Of a stretch of 64,000 nucleotides of DNA, positions 12,986-25,123 are shown one piece after another. Each line of letters begins with the position of its first letter. Position 1 is the stretch's first letter. A program made the position numbers and the translations under genes. Origin of the DNA: Azolla caroliniana (taxonomy: Eukaryota; Plantae; Polypodiophyta); the NCBI GenBank assembly GCA_043228905.1, contig JBHGNT010000012.1, positions 15,996,001-16,060,000 of the forward strand, written 5' to 3'. Below the pieces are notes generated by a model that saw nothing but the letters and a program-made list of their open reading frames with translations, ran no database searches and was not told where the DNA came from.

Positions 12986-13280
12986 CCTCTGTTGTAACCG
13001 CCGCCTGTGGCGAAGATTTGTGAGCACGAGGTCGGTGCCTCAATGAACTCACTGTTGTATATTCCTACATAGTGACAGTTTGCAGCCTGTGGGCTGCCAT
13101 GGTTTTTTCCCCTAGCTTGCGGTTTTCCACGTAAACCTCCTGTGTATCTTCCTCTTCTTTGTGTCGTGTTTTATTTCCCGTTTTTTCTGTGTATTATTCT
13201 AAGCTCGGTTGTGGCTGAGCGTTGCGCATAAGGAGTGTTGAGTTCCCGTCAATTGGTATCAGAGCGAAACAACACAGAAA

Positions 13281-15063
13281 ATGGACGAATCGTTTGGCGG
13301 CATGTTCAAGCTCACCGGCTCCAACTATTCAGTGTGGAAGTCGAAGATGAGGGACATGCTCGTGGTTAAAGACCTCTGGCTGCCGGTTCAGTTCGGGGAC
13401 AAGAGACCGGACAAAATCGACGCCGCGATATGGGAGGTGATGCACATGAAGACAACGGCGTACATACGGTGCTTCATCAACATGAGCCTGTACAACAACT
13501 TCAATGAAGAGAGCAAGGCTCATGAGCTCTGGGAGAAGATCGGCATAATGTTTCAAAACAAAAATGTTGTCAATCAGGTTTCGATATTCCAGAAGCTAAT
13601 AAGACTCTGGTACCAAGATGGCTCCAGCATGGCGGAGCACATGAATGCCTTCCAGTGGCTGATTCACCAGGCAACTTCATTGGAGGTACCTCTCGCCGAT
13701 GAGGTACTAGCGCTACTCCTACTCGGTTCCCTCCCGGATAGCTGGGAGACGTTGGTTGTCACTTTGGGCAACGCCGGGCCGGAAGGAAAACGGTTATCCC
13801 TAGCAAGAGTAAAGTCGAGCTTGCTAGATGAGGAGGTGCGTCGGAAGACATAGAAACCGTAGTCCCCAGAACCGGGAGAAGTCGGGGACACGGTCAAAGG
13901 CAAGGGGGAGACCTACTTGCTTCTATTGCAGCAAGCCGGGACACTTCCAAAAGAACTGTCAGCATTTCCGAAAAGATAAGGAGACCGGAGGTATCGATTC
14001 GAAGCGGACCCCGGACTAGAACGGTAAAGACCGAAGGGGGCCGGACCGGAAGGGAACGACGGCAATCGCGGCAAGTGAAGAAGAGTTGATGCTCATCACC
14101 GAGGAGTGTGAGATAAACCTTGCCGGCGACGAGATAACCTAGGTGGTAGACTCCGGAGCATCGTTCCACCTTACCCCGGACCGAAAATACTTCTCATCCT
14201 ACTCAGCCGGTGATCACGGCTGTGTCCGGATGGGGAATGAAGGTACATGCCGAATTGTCGGCATAGGAGACGTGTGGCTGTCAACACCAACCGGGTGCAA
14301 GTTGCTGTTGAAGGATGTCTGACACGTTCCGAAGGTTCGACTAAACTTGATATCAGTCGGTCGGCTAGATGATGAGGGCTACACGGGTAGCATCCGGAAC
14401 GGCATCATAAAGTTCAGCAAAGGGAGCCTGATTGTGGCTCGGGCCCGGAAGGTAAACACATTGTACCTGATGAATGCCCGGCTATGTCCGGAAGAAGTGA
14501 ACGTGGCTTCCGACACTGCCAGTGAGTTGTGGCACAAGAGGCTGTGTCATAGGAGCGAGAAGGGGATGAAGAGGCTTGCAGACGACAACCTCATTCCAGT
14601 GAAGCACGTGCACTTAGAGAAGTGCACTGATTGTCTGGCCGGTAAGCAGAACCGGACCTCCTTCCGACCAAGGCCACCGATGAGACGTAATGCACCACTA
14701 GAGTTGGTGCATACGGATGTGTGTCAAGTAGACACGAAGTCACATGCCGGAGCGTAGTACTTCGTGACGTTCATAGATGACCACAGCAGGAAGCTGTGGG
14801 CCACACCGTTGAAGATGAAGGATCAGGTGTTATCCGTCTTCAAAGAGCTCCACGCGAGAGTGGAAAGAGAAACCGGTCGGAAGCTGAAGGCGGTTCGAGC
14901 AGATAACGGAGGAGAGTACCGGGGGTAGTTCGAGGAGTACTGCCGCTCGAAGGGAATCCGGCTCGAATTTACCGTGCCGAAGACACCGGAACTAAACGGG
15001 TTGGCCAAGAGGATGAACCGAACCATAATGGAGAAGGTCCGGAGTATGCTAGTGCATGCAAAA
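13281..15063 (+). pseudogene. gag-pol: Copia C gag-PR-integrase, disrupted and truncated
   Basis: ORFs 13281-13853, 13828-14019 (CFYCSKPGHFQKNC), VVDSGASFH at about 14143, 14347-14757 (WHKRLCH...CTDC, LELVHTDV), ADNGGEY. Confidence 0.9.
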
Positions 15064-17152
15064 CTACGGACAGCCGGATGACGCAGACCCGGTGAGAACC
15101 GGAGGAAGAGACATATTCGTAAATATGTTTCTGAGAGCCCATCGAGGCTATATTTGTAAATAGCCGAAAAGTCATATTAGTATAAATATGACTTAGGGCA
15201 AACTTTTAGTGTAGTTGTTGTCATTCTTGTTGGTGCAAGAATAGAGTGTGTGCGTAACTATACAGAGAGAGAGAGAGAGAGAAAGAGGTCGTTGCCTCTA
15301 TTGTAACCGCCGCCTGTGGCGAAGATTTGTGAGCACGAGGTCGGTGCCTCAGTGAACTCACTGTTGTATATTCCTACATAGTGACAGTTTGCAGCCTGTG
15401 GGCTGCCGTGGTTTTTTCCCCTAGCTTGGGGTTTTCCACGTAAACCTCCTGTGAATCTTCCTCTTCTTTGTGTCGTGTTTTATTTCCCGTTTTTTCTGTG
15501 TATTATTCTAAGCTCGGTTGTGGCTGAGCGTTGCGCATAAGTAGCGTTGAGTTCCCGTCATTTATGGCATCCCCGATCATCCATATTCTCATCCTTTTCT
15601 TTCACCGCACATCCTTTCACCGAAATGTCATCTAGGAATGGCATTGTTTAAATCTCTAGGATGCAATCTCGGAGCACCTTGTTCATCTCATTCATCATAT
15701 GTGCGACCAAGTTCGTCGCTCCTTGTGGTGGCATACACATCCGGACTAATCCTATCTGTGTCCGCATTGTAGTGATATCTCGGCTCTCCACGATGTCGTG
15801 TGAATCTTCACACTATGTAAAAAATAATGAAATAATTATTATAGATTAGATTAGTAGCTTCAAAATAATTATTATAGATTAGAAAGATGGATATACTTAA
15901 GAGTTTCAAAATGTATTTTACTATATACAAAATGGAGAAATACATATCAAGTTATGTGAAAATAAAGTTTGAGAAGATAGAGAAATTAGAACTATCCCAC
16001 ATAGATAGGAAACTTAAGGCCCTAGCTATATAAGCACCTTGAGCTCCCTCATTTTTCATTTGTTCTAAGAGCACTTTGGCCACTTTGTCTTGATGGATGA
16101 TGGTGGCCAAATTCCCTAAATCTGGAAACCGGTCGGTAAACAAATCCGGAAACCGGTCGGTAAGCAAATCCGGAAAACGGGTCTGGTAAGCAAATCCGGA
16201 AATCGGCCGGTATGCAAACCGGAAACCGGCCGATATGCAAAACTAGAACCAGAAACCAACAAGCAAAACCAGAACTGGAACCGGCAAGCAAACCGGAACC
16301 GGCCGACAAGCAAAACCGGAACCGACCGGTAAGCAAAACCAGAACCGGAACCAGTATGCAAACTAGAACCGGCCGGTAAGCAAAACCAGAACCAGAACCG
16401 GTATGCAAACCGAAAACCGGAACTGGAACCGGCAAGCAAACCGGAACCGGCCGGCAAGCAAAACCAGAACCGACCGGCGAGGGATTCGGCGATCGGGCGG
16501 AACCGACGACCGTACGAGGTTGGACGCAAATCGAACTGATAAAAGGATCATGTGGCTATTTAAAGAAAGGTAAAAGAGACTAAAGTAAAGGTCAACTGGA
16601 TGGTCACATGCAACTAAAAATAGATTCAACGAAAAGAAAAGCTATGCAACTAAAAGTAGAGGCCATGCAACAAAAAGTGGAGGCATATGATCAACGAGGA
16701 ACTCCATATATAATTCCATTTTTTTTTCCCTAGACTGATATGCTCTCTCCATATTATATTGTTCTTCTTTTCCTTTAGAGCTCTCTTATCTTATCGAAGC
16801 CAAGAACCCTAAATTTCCTTACGGAAGTCATAAACCCTAATTTCCTAATCTAAGCCATATAACTCAAAAACCCTAATTTTTGAATTGAAGCTAAAAACCC
16901 TAATATTCTAATTAAATCCATATTTCATTTCTTCTAATCTATTACTCTAGTCATCTCCATTAGCAAATTTTTGTAATTCCAATCTTGGGATTAATTGTAA
17001 TCTTTCTTTCCCTTTATTAATGAAATTTGTGAATCTTTATCATTTTGTATTAATTGTTTAATATAATCATACGAATCTGATATCTTCCGGTCGGAGGGCC
17101 CAGGGTCCTTCCTCAAAGTTCACGTATCCTCGTCGTATTTCCGCGACATCTT

Positions 17153-17167
17153 TGGTGAACCCGACGT
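17153..17167 (+). promoter_or_regulatory. Primer-binding site complementary to the tRNA-Trp 3' end
   Basis: TGGTGAACCCGACGT is the complement of the plant tRNA-Trp(CCA) end ...ACGUCGGGUUCACCA (from memory); the same PBS, extended to ...CGTGA, is in G3. Confidence 0.8.
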
Positions 17168-17201
17168 AAAGCGAGGCAGTAGGAGGATATCAAGTACGAA
17201 G

Positions 17202-19350
17202 ATGGCTTCGACAAGTGGAACTCAAGGAGAAGAATTGACGAAAGGCATGGTGTCCGTCGTCGAATTCATGCTGAAAGAGAGAGATCGGGAGGCTTTAGTC
17301 GACAAAGCTGTTGACCGAACTGTGGAGATAGCTGGAAGATTCGGTGGGAAGAACATCACAAATTTCCTTGCTACCTACCGGAACAAGATGCAACAAAGAG
17401 ATGTCCATTATCTAAAACAAATTTCAAGCTTTAAGCGTGTGGTAGAACCCGGGATCCGTGAGCGTGTGATGGAGATCCAAAACGAGCATGCAACTTGGGC
17501 GGAGTTCAAACGGGCTCTTCTCACTGAATACATGCTTGAAGACGCATCACGGATGACTCGGCATACGTTAATGAATTGGATCGAGAAGAAAGGGAAGAAT
17601 CTGTGTGCATCAGGAATTTATGCCGAATTCGACCAGAAGTACAACCGACTTCCGAGTGTCGAGCAACGAGTTCTCGATGGAGATAAAGTCTTACTATTCC
17701 TAAATGCAATGGATGCGAAAGATCGGCTAGAATTGGGCAGTTTCTTGGAGGACGAAACACAACCAAATGGCTTGGTAGCGGACTGGGCGGCGATGAAGAA
17801 GGCTTGCAGCCGTTTTGATAAGCGGCGACAATGGCAAGAGAATCCACAATTGTGGAAGAAGGCACCTATGACGATTGAGCCTAGTAAGCCGATCAACAAT
17901 TTTGACAAGAAAGCAATGGAGGAGTCTATAATCGAAGAGCTCTCCAAGAAGTTTGAAGCAGTATCGCTAGCCAACTTAGGTCGACGCGGGCCCAAGGGAA
18001 AAGACGCCTGCGATAGCTTTGAACACTCACGAAGGGAATGTGCTGACTTGCAAGATGCGATCCACAAGAATGTCATCTATTTGGATGGAAACATGATTCA
18101 CTCGAGCGAGACCCGGAAGCCACTACGAGTGAACTTCAGAAGAGGTGGGCTGAAAAAGATTGTAGAAGAAGAAGATGCAAGGCATGTGGAGGCTATGCAC
18201 TATGCCGCTTCAGTTGGGATACGAGTTGGAAAAGAGAATCTTAAAATGATCAAGCCAGGAGCTAGGTTTTGGCCAACGGTCTTCAAGTGCGAAGAAAAAG
18301 GCAAAATCAATTCGGAGGATCTAAAACTTGATGACCGAAACGTGCGACGAGCAACCGGATGGTCAAATCCAATCGACGAAAACACAAGCTTTGCGAAGGT
18401 TGTGTGTGACACCTATGAAGCCCTTGTCGAAGAGAAGAGGAAGAGAACCGGTGAAGAAGATGGCACATCAAAGCGACCTAACACGAGGAATGGAGGGAAA
18501 GAAGGGCCACCCCAACCTATCCCAAGAAAAGAGATTGGTGAAACAAACATGAAGCCCGGTGGATCGAGCCAACCTGCTCGGATGGAAGTCGAAGAATCAA
18601 CGAAGAAAGGAAAAGAACGAGCAGCACCGACTTACAAGCTAAGGTCGGACATAGAACAAACAACTAACTTGCGGAAGGTCCTTGAGGAGAAGGTTTTAGA
18701 TAGTCATGTCAACCTTACCTTGAGAGAGCTACTTGGGATCGCGAAGAAGGAGTTCCATGATACTATCGTGGACCTTATTAAAAGGAAGCGGCAACAATCT
18801 GATGAAGAGGAGGTGAAAACAAGTGCCATAACCATGGCAAGATCGGAAGAGGAGGAAGAAGAAGAAGTGGGCGGATAGCCATTACTCGCGGCCTCATTGG
18901 GCAAGAGCGACAACGAAGACACCGGTGAAGATCGGGGAGAAGAAAGAGACCGTGGTCGCTTTGATTGACCATGGCTCAGAGATCAACCTCATGTCGACCG
19001 AGTTCTACAAGAAAGGAAGATGGCCGATTAATACAAACCACGGATGGAAGATTCGAGTGGCGACGAAGGCTACGGAGGACTTGTACGGAGCTTGCCCCAA
19101 CGTTAAAGTCACGATCGGGGATGTAGAGATTGATCAACACTTCTTCGTGCAAGACTCGGCTTCACATCCCGTCATCCTAGGACAACCATATATAACATCG
19201 TCCCGGATGGAGACCAAGGTGTTCGATAATGGTGCAGCCTTCGCGTGCGTCAAGAGTCTTGATAGTAAAAGATCTGTTCAATTCCTGACGGTGCGAGCTA
19301 ATCATGAAAGGAACCGAGATAGCCTTGGAGGCGAATCCTCGGATTTTTAA
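17202..19350 (+). pseudogene. gag: G2 Gag-protease (one frameshift near 18868)
   Basis: ORFs 17202-18878 and 18925-19350; G1 shows these are one frame (W-A-x-S-H-Y-S-R-P-H-W); protease ALIDHGSEINLM; ends ...SDF*. Confidence 0.9.
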
Positions 19351-19403
19351 AGCGGACTATTGAAGCATGGGGCACAAATAGTCCGAGCAATCATAAGTCC
19401 CCA
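19341..19403 (+). promoter_or_regulatory. Putative -1 programmed ribosomal frameshift signal (G2)
   Basis: G_GAT_TTT_TAA, 5-nt spacer, perfect 9-bp stem CGGACTATT (19353-19361)/AATAGTCCG (19377-19385), loop TGGGG pairing with CCCCA (19399-19403). Confidence 0.78.
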
Positions 19404-22400
19404 CAAGGAAGCAAAGTGTGTGGATTGCAAGGAGAAGCAACATGCGTCACACCTGGCGGCGCATGCAAACTTAGACTACTCAACAAGAAGGAAAAGTGTC
19501 AGATACAAGACTTCGAGGAGGTGCTGAAAGAAGAAAGCATAATCGAAGAAGAAGAATTCGTGTCATATATTCTGGAGGAAGCCTCATTTAACGACACCAT
19601 CGGCGAAATCGAGGAAGTCGTGGATTTGAGCTATCCTCACCATCAACATGTGATTTCGGTTAACTCCGTCAACATGTATGCTATCATCGATGAATATCAT
19701 CGAGGAATCTTGATAGAGGAAGCCGAAGTCAACACAAAATATAAAACTGTGGATAGGAAGATCAAGCCAGTTGCAGTTCCGCTACCGGAAGATAGTTGGC
19801 AAAAGATGAAGGAAGTTGCAAAAGATCCAAGCTTAAGGAACCCAAATACAATTGGTCACATCTTCACTGAAGAGACGAAGGGAAAGCTATGAGTTGGAAG
19901 GGAGGATTTCCTCCTCCCTAAAGAGGAGCGGATGTTTCGTGGAATGCTTGAAAGACATGGGAAGGCTTTCACGTTTTTCCCACAAGAAATCGGGTGTGCT
20001 AATCCAAGGACGGTAGAACCGATGGTGATCTTCACGGTGCCGCATGTGCCTTGGAATTTGAAACCGACACCAGTTCCGAGAGCACACCTACCGAAGTTGA
20101 TCGAGCTCTTAAAGGAGAACGTGAGGATGGGAATTCTAGAACCGTCGAATGCTCCTTATTCTAATAGGTGGTTCACGGTGCCAAAGAAGAATGGATCGTT
20201 GCGATTCATTCAAGATCTTCAACCCGTCAACAAGGTGACAATTCAAAATGTTGGAATCGGTCCGAGTGTGGATGAATTTGCCAAGGCGTTTGCGGGCCGG
20301 TCCATCTACTCCATCGGCGATCTCTACTCTGGCTACGATCAATTCCAGTTGGCGGTCGACAGTCGTGACATTACAACAATGAGAACTCCAATCGGGTTGG
20401 TGCGGATGTGTACCTTACCTCAAGGCGCAATGAACTCGGTGGCTCATATGGTGAATGCCATGAACAAGGTCTTGAAGGATTGCATCCCGGATATCACGAT
20501 GCCATTCTTAGATGATATTCCGATAAAAGGATGTTCGGATGAAGAGAAGGATGAATCAAAAGATAAGGATGGATGTAGAAAGTTCGTCATGGATCATATG
20601 AAAGATTGCGAGAAGGTGCTCCAAAGGCTCGAAGATGCGAATTTGACATTTTCGGGAGAAAAATCCGCATTCGAGCAACCGGAGATCCTGGTGGTAGGTC
20701 ACTTGTGTGGAGCATACGGTCAGAAGCCTTCGCCATCCAAGGTGAATGCAATCCAAGACATGAAAGAAGAATGTGTAACCCAAACGGAGGTTCGAAGGTT
20801 CCTTGGAGCATGCGCGTTTTATCATATTTGGATTCCACACTACGCCCACATTGCTGAGCCATTATATGGTCTACTAAAGAAGAAGCGGATGTTCGAATGG
20901 ACGAGCAAGCATACAATCGCCATCCGAAGGCTGAAGAAATTATTGATGAAGGCACCTGCATTACGAAAAGCGGACTATTCATATGGCAAGCCCATTTTCG
21001 TGATTGTGGATACTAGTCCAATCGGAATTGGAGGGGTTATCAACCAAGAAGATGAAGATTGCAACCGATATGCAATTCGGTTTGGCGCGAAAGTGTTAAG
21101 TGACAGGCAAAGAAGGTATGCCCAAGTGAAGAGGGAGCTATGGGGGATCGTCTCGGCAATCAAATCTGATCGTGATTACCTTATTGGAGCAGAAGTCATA
21201 ATTGAGACAGATTGCCTACCAATTTTGGGTATGATATCTGGTTGTAATACACCGGATATTGCCATGTTGTGTTGGATTGCATATATCAAATCACTCAACC
21301 CGGAGATCCGTCATGTAGCTGGGAAGCGTAATGTCGTTGCAGACATGCTATCACGAGCGAGATACGACGGAGAAGAAGATCGACATTCTGATGAAGATGA
21401 TGTTGGCTTGGATTTCTTTGCAAGTTCCTATGCTCGGGTGTTGACTACTTTCATAGAAGAGGACTACGAAGGCGAATTCGTGGAGATTGGGAAATACTTG
21501 AGTTCTCTCCAAAAAGATGAATCATGGTTGACGGAAGGCTTCCATCGAATTCAGAAGAAGGCATACAAGTATTTCCTTAAGGATGGAGCTCTTTGGAGGC
21601 ATGCAAAAAAGAAGAATGGGACTCCGATGAGAGTTGTCTGCAAACTAGAAGACGAACAAAAACTAATGTCCGAATTTCATGATAGTGTTTTTGCAGGCCA
21701 TCGAGGAATATGGGCTACGTTTGCGAAGCTTAAGGAGAAATATTGGTGGACGGGCATCTACAAAGATGTAGCAGCTTATGTGGAAACATGTAAGGAATGT
21801 CAAATGTTTTCAAATATTCGCCATCGAGATGGACTTCATCCGACTTACCCATTGGCTATGCATTACAAGTGGATGGTGGACATAGTGATGATGCCAATGG
21901 GACGATGGCAGATGAAGTATCTTGTGCTCGCAAGAGAGGATCTTACCAATCAAGTTGAAGGGCGAGCATTAAGAACTAAGGAGACATCATCGGTATGCCG
22001 ATTCCTTCTTGAAGATGTTATTTGCAAATATGGATGCATCGGCAAGATAGTGGCTGATAGAGGCGAGTTGGACGCCAATGAAGCTAGAGAATTCTTCTCG
22101 AGGATGGGAATCAAATTATCTCTTACCATGGCGTATAATCCGGAAGCAAATGGGAAGGTGGAACGTGGACATGGACCGATTGTGAAGGCTCTAGTGAAAG
22201 CTTGCCATGGGAAAATAGGAGAATGGCCGCGTCTATTGCCATTTGCACTATGGGCTGACAGGACTACTCATAGCACGGTGACGGGATACATGCCGGCAGA
22301 GCTCATATTCGGACAAAAGCCAATAATGCCTATAGAACAAAGTATTATTTCATGGTTTGCATTGCCATGGCAAGATGAGATAAGTAGAGAAGATCTTCTA

Positions 22401-22796
22401 GCATTGAGGATTCGACAATTAGAGCGGAATTTGGAAGATATAGAGGTGGCTAAAGCGCGGCTAAAGAATGCAAGGCTAAAGAACAAGAAAGACTTCGATA
22501 AATGACATCGACTTCGGCCGAGGAAAATCGTTGAAGGAGATTGGGTGCTAGTTTATGACAGTAGCCTAGATAACCAACATAGTACGACTCGAAAATTCTC
22601 ACAACGATGGTTTGGGCCATATGTGGTGAAGAAAGTGGAAGATAATGCAACATATCATTTAGTAGAACTGGATGGTACACCACTTGCCTTGCCAATTGCC
22701 GGTAAAAGAATCAAGATCTTCAAGAGAAGAGATAGAATAGAAATTGGATTCGAAGCTTTTGACGATTCAGTCTTAAGCATCGATGAAAAAGTATAG
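19341..22796 (+). pseudogene. pol: G2 pol (RT, RNase H, integrase) in the -1 frame, two premature TGA codons
   Basis: ORFs 19416-19892, 19932-22505 and 22545-22796 share one frame; stops are TGA at positions where Arg (CGA) is plausible; PFLDD RT motif, HHCC and DDE integrase. Confidence 0.94.
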
Positions 22797-25059
22797 TAAA
22801 CAAAAATGAATCCTCACCAAAATTGGCACATACCGGTGGATGTGCAGGTTTGGTGGGGGCGAATGTCGTGTGAATCTTCACACACTATGTAAAAAATAAT
22901 GAAATAATTATTATAGATTAGATTAGTAGCTTACTATAGAAAGATGGATATGCTCAAGAGCTTCAAAATGTATTTTACTATATACAAAATGGAGAAATAC
23001 ATATCAAGTTATGTGAAAATAAAGTTTGAGAAGATAGAGAAATTAGAACTATCCCACATAGATAGGAAACTTAAGGCCCTGGCTATATAAGCACCTTGAG
23101 CTCCCTCATTTTTCATTTGTTCTAAGAGCACTTTGGCCACTTTGTCTTAATGGATGATGGTGGCCAAATTCCCTAAATCCGGAAACCGGTCGGTAAACAA
23201 ATCCGGAAACCGGCCGGTAAGCAAATCCGGAAAACGGGTCCGGTAAGCAAATCCGAAAATCGGACGGTATGGAAACCAGAACCGGAAACCGGCCGGTATG
23301 CAAAATCGGAACCGGAACTGGCAAGCAAAACCGGAACTGGAACTGGCAAGCAAACCGGAACCGGCCGGCAAGCAAAACCGGAACTGGAATCGGCAAGCAA
23401 ACCAAAACCAAAACCGGCCGGCGAGGGATTCGGCGATCGGGCAGAACCGGCGACCGTACGAGGTTGGACGCAAATCGAACGGATAAAAGGATCATGTGGC
23501 TATTTAAAGAAAGGTAAAAGAGACTAAAGTAAAGGTCAAGTGGACGATCGCATGCAACAAAAGAAAAAGCCATGCAACTAAAAATAGATTCAACGAAAAG
23601 AAAAGCTATGCAACTAAAAGTAGAGGCCATGCAACAAAAAGTGGAGGCATATGATCAACGAGGAACTCCATATATAATTCCATTTTTTTTTCCCTAGACT
23701 GATATGCTCTCTCCATATTATATTGTTCTTCTTTTCCTTTAGAGCTCTCTTATCTTATCGAAGCCAAGAACCCTAAATTTCCTTACGGAAGTCATAAACC
23801 CTAATTTCCTAATCAAAGCCATATAACTCAAAAACCCTAATTTTTGAATTGAATCTAAAAACCCTAATATTCTAATTAAATCCATATTTCATTTCTTCTA
23901 ATCTATTACTCTAGTCATCTCCATTAGCAAATTTTTTATAATCCCAATCTTGGGATTAATTGTAATCTTTCTTTCCCTTTATTAATGAAATTTTTGAATC
24001 TTTATCATTTTGTATTAATTGTTTAATATAATCATACGAATCTGATATCTTCCGGTCGGAGGGCCCGGGGTCCTGCCTCAAAGTTCACGTATCCTCGTCG
24101 TATTTCCGTGACAACGGCTAGTTGGAATTGGTCATACCCAGAGTATAGATCTCCGATGGAGTATATCGCGCTTCCGGAAAACACTTCCGCAAATTCATCC
24201 ACTATCGAACCAACTCTAGAGTTCCGGATCGTGACCTTGTTCACCGGTTGCAAATCTTGAATAAACCGGAGTGACCCACTCTTCTTCAGAACCGTAAACC
24301 ATCGATTTGAGTACAGAGCATTCGATGGCTCTAGAATCCCCATCACCACCTTCTCCTTGAGCAAGTCAATAATTTTCAGAATATGCGCCCATGGCACTGG
24401 AATCGGCTTCAGGTTCCACGGCACATGTTTAATCGTGAAGATCACCATCGGCTCCACTTTCTTTGGATCGACGCACCCTATCTCTCTTGATGTGAATGCA
24501 AATGCTTTTCCATCTTGCTCCAACATCTCACGGAATCGTTCTTCTTCATTCGGTAGGAGGAACCCATCTCCACCGATTCGAAGTTTCTTTCATGTCTCAT
24601 TTGTGAAGGTATGTCCGATATTCACAGACTTTCAAAGTGTTGGATCTCCCAAGACTTCTTTCCTCTTTTGTTCATTATTGGCGGGTAATGGTCCCACAGA
24701 TGGTTTCATCTTCTTTTCTACGGTCTTGTATTTCATACATACCATTGCTTCTTCTTTGCGGAGCACATCCGGCCCCATTTCCGCAATGATCTCGTACATC
24801 TCGACCGATTCCACCGGAACTACCCGATCTTCTTGGTTATTCTCTTCCGCAAGTTCTTCAAGTCATTGTAGTGTGCTCCCATAGAACACTTCTTCAACTA
24901 CTCCCATGATTTCTTCGTCCTCTTTTATGATTGATGCAGACCATAGCTCATCCGGCATCTTCAGGAGTTCTTTCTTCATTTCTCCGGTCACGGCCATGTA
25001 CATAGATGCCCCATCTGGACTGATTCGCACTTGTTTCACTCCGAGAGTTTTCTTCCTAT

Positions 25060-25123
25060 GTGGGTTATCAGGGCTTCTTGGACTATCACTTCCCCACTCC
25101 GCAACAGTCTACTTTAAAAATCC
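25060..25123 (-). promoter_or_regulatory. Putative -1 programmed ribosomal frameshift signal (G3)
   Basis: G_GAT_TTT_TAA after ...QTKTDF, 5-nt spacer, stem TAGACTGTTGC/GTGATAGTCCA (GU pairs, one mismatch), GTGGG/CCCAC second stem. Confidence 0.7.

Larger units (their letters stand above)
11814..15560 (+). mobile_element. Ty1/Copia element C with internal deletion (5' LTR 11814-13251, truncated 3' LTR about 15064-15560)
   Basis: TG...CA ends; TSD tttac/tttat; PBS TGGTATCAGAGC (tRNA-iMet) at 13254; LTR copies near-identical; RT, RNase H and PPT absent. Confidence 0.93.
15794..24113 (+). mobile_element. Full-length Ty3/Gypsy element G2 (5' LTR 15794-17148, 3' LTR 22864-24113)
   Basis: TGTCGTG...GACA LTR pair; PBS TGGTGAACCCGACGT 17153-17167; PPT GGTTTGGTGGGGGCGAA 22847-22863; 4-bp TSD acga/acgg; inserted in the G3 RT. 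Confidence 0.96.

Noticed and set aside
16049-16629. ORFs in G2 LTRs (also 23106-23630)
   Set aside because: Products of the stop-poor AACCGG repeat array; frames not conserved between the two LTRs.
18860-18880. Second programmed frameshift between gag and protease in G2
   Set aside because: G1 has this region in one frame; best explained by an indel in a GAA run.
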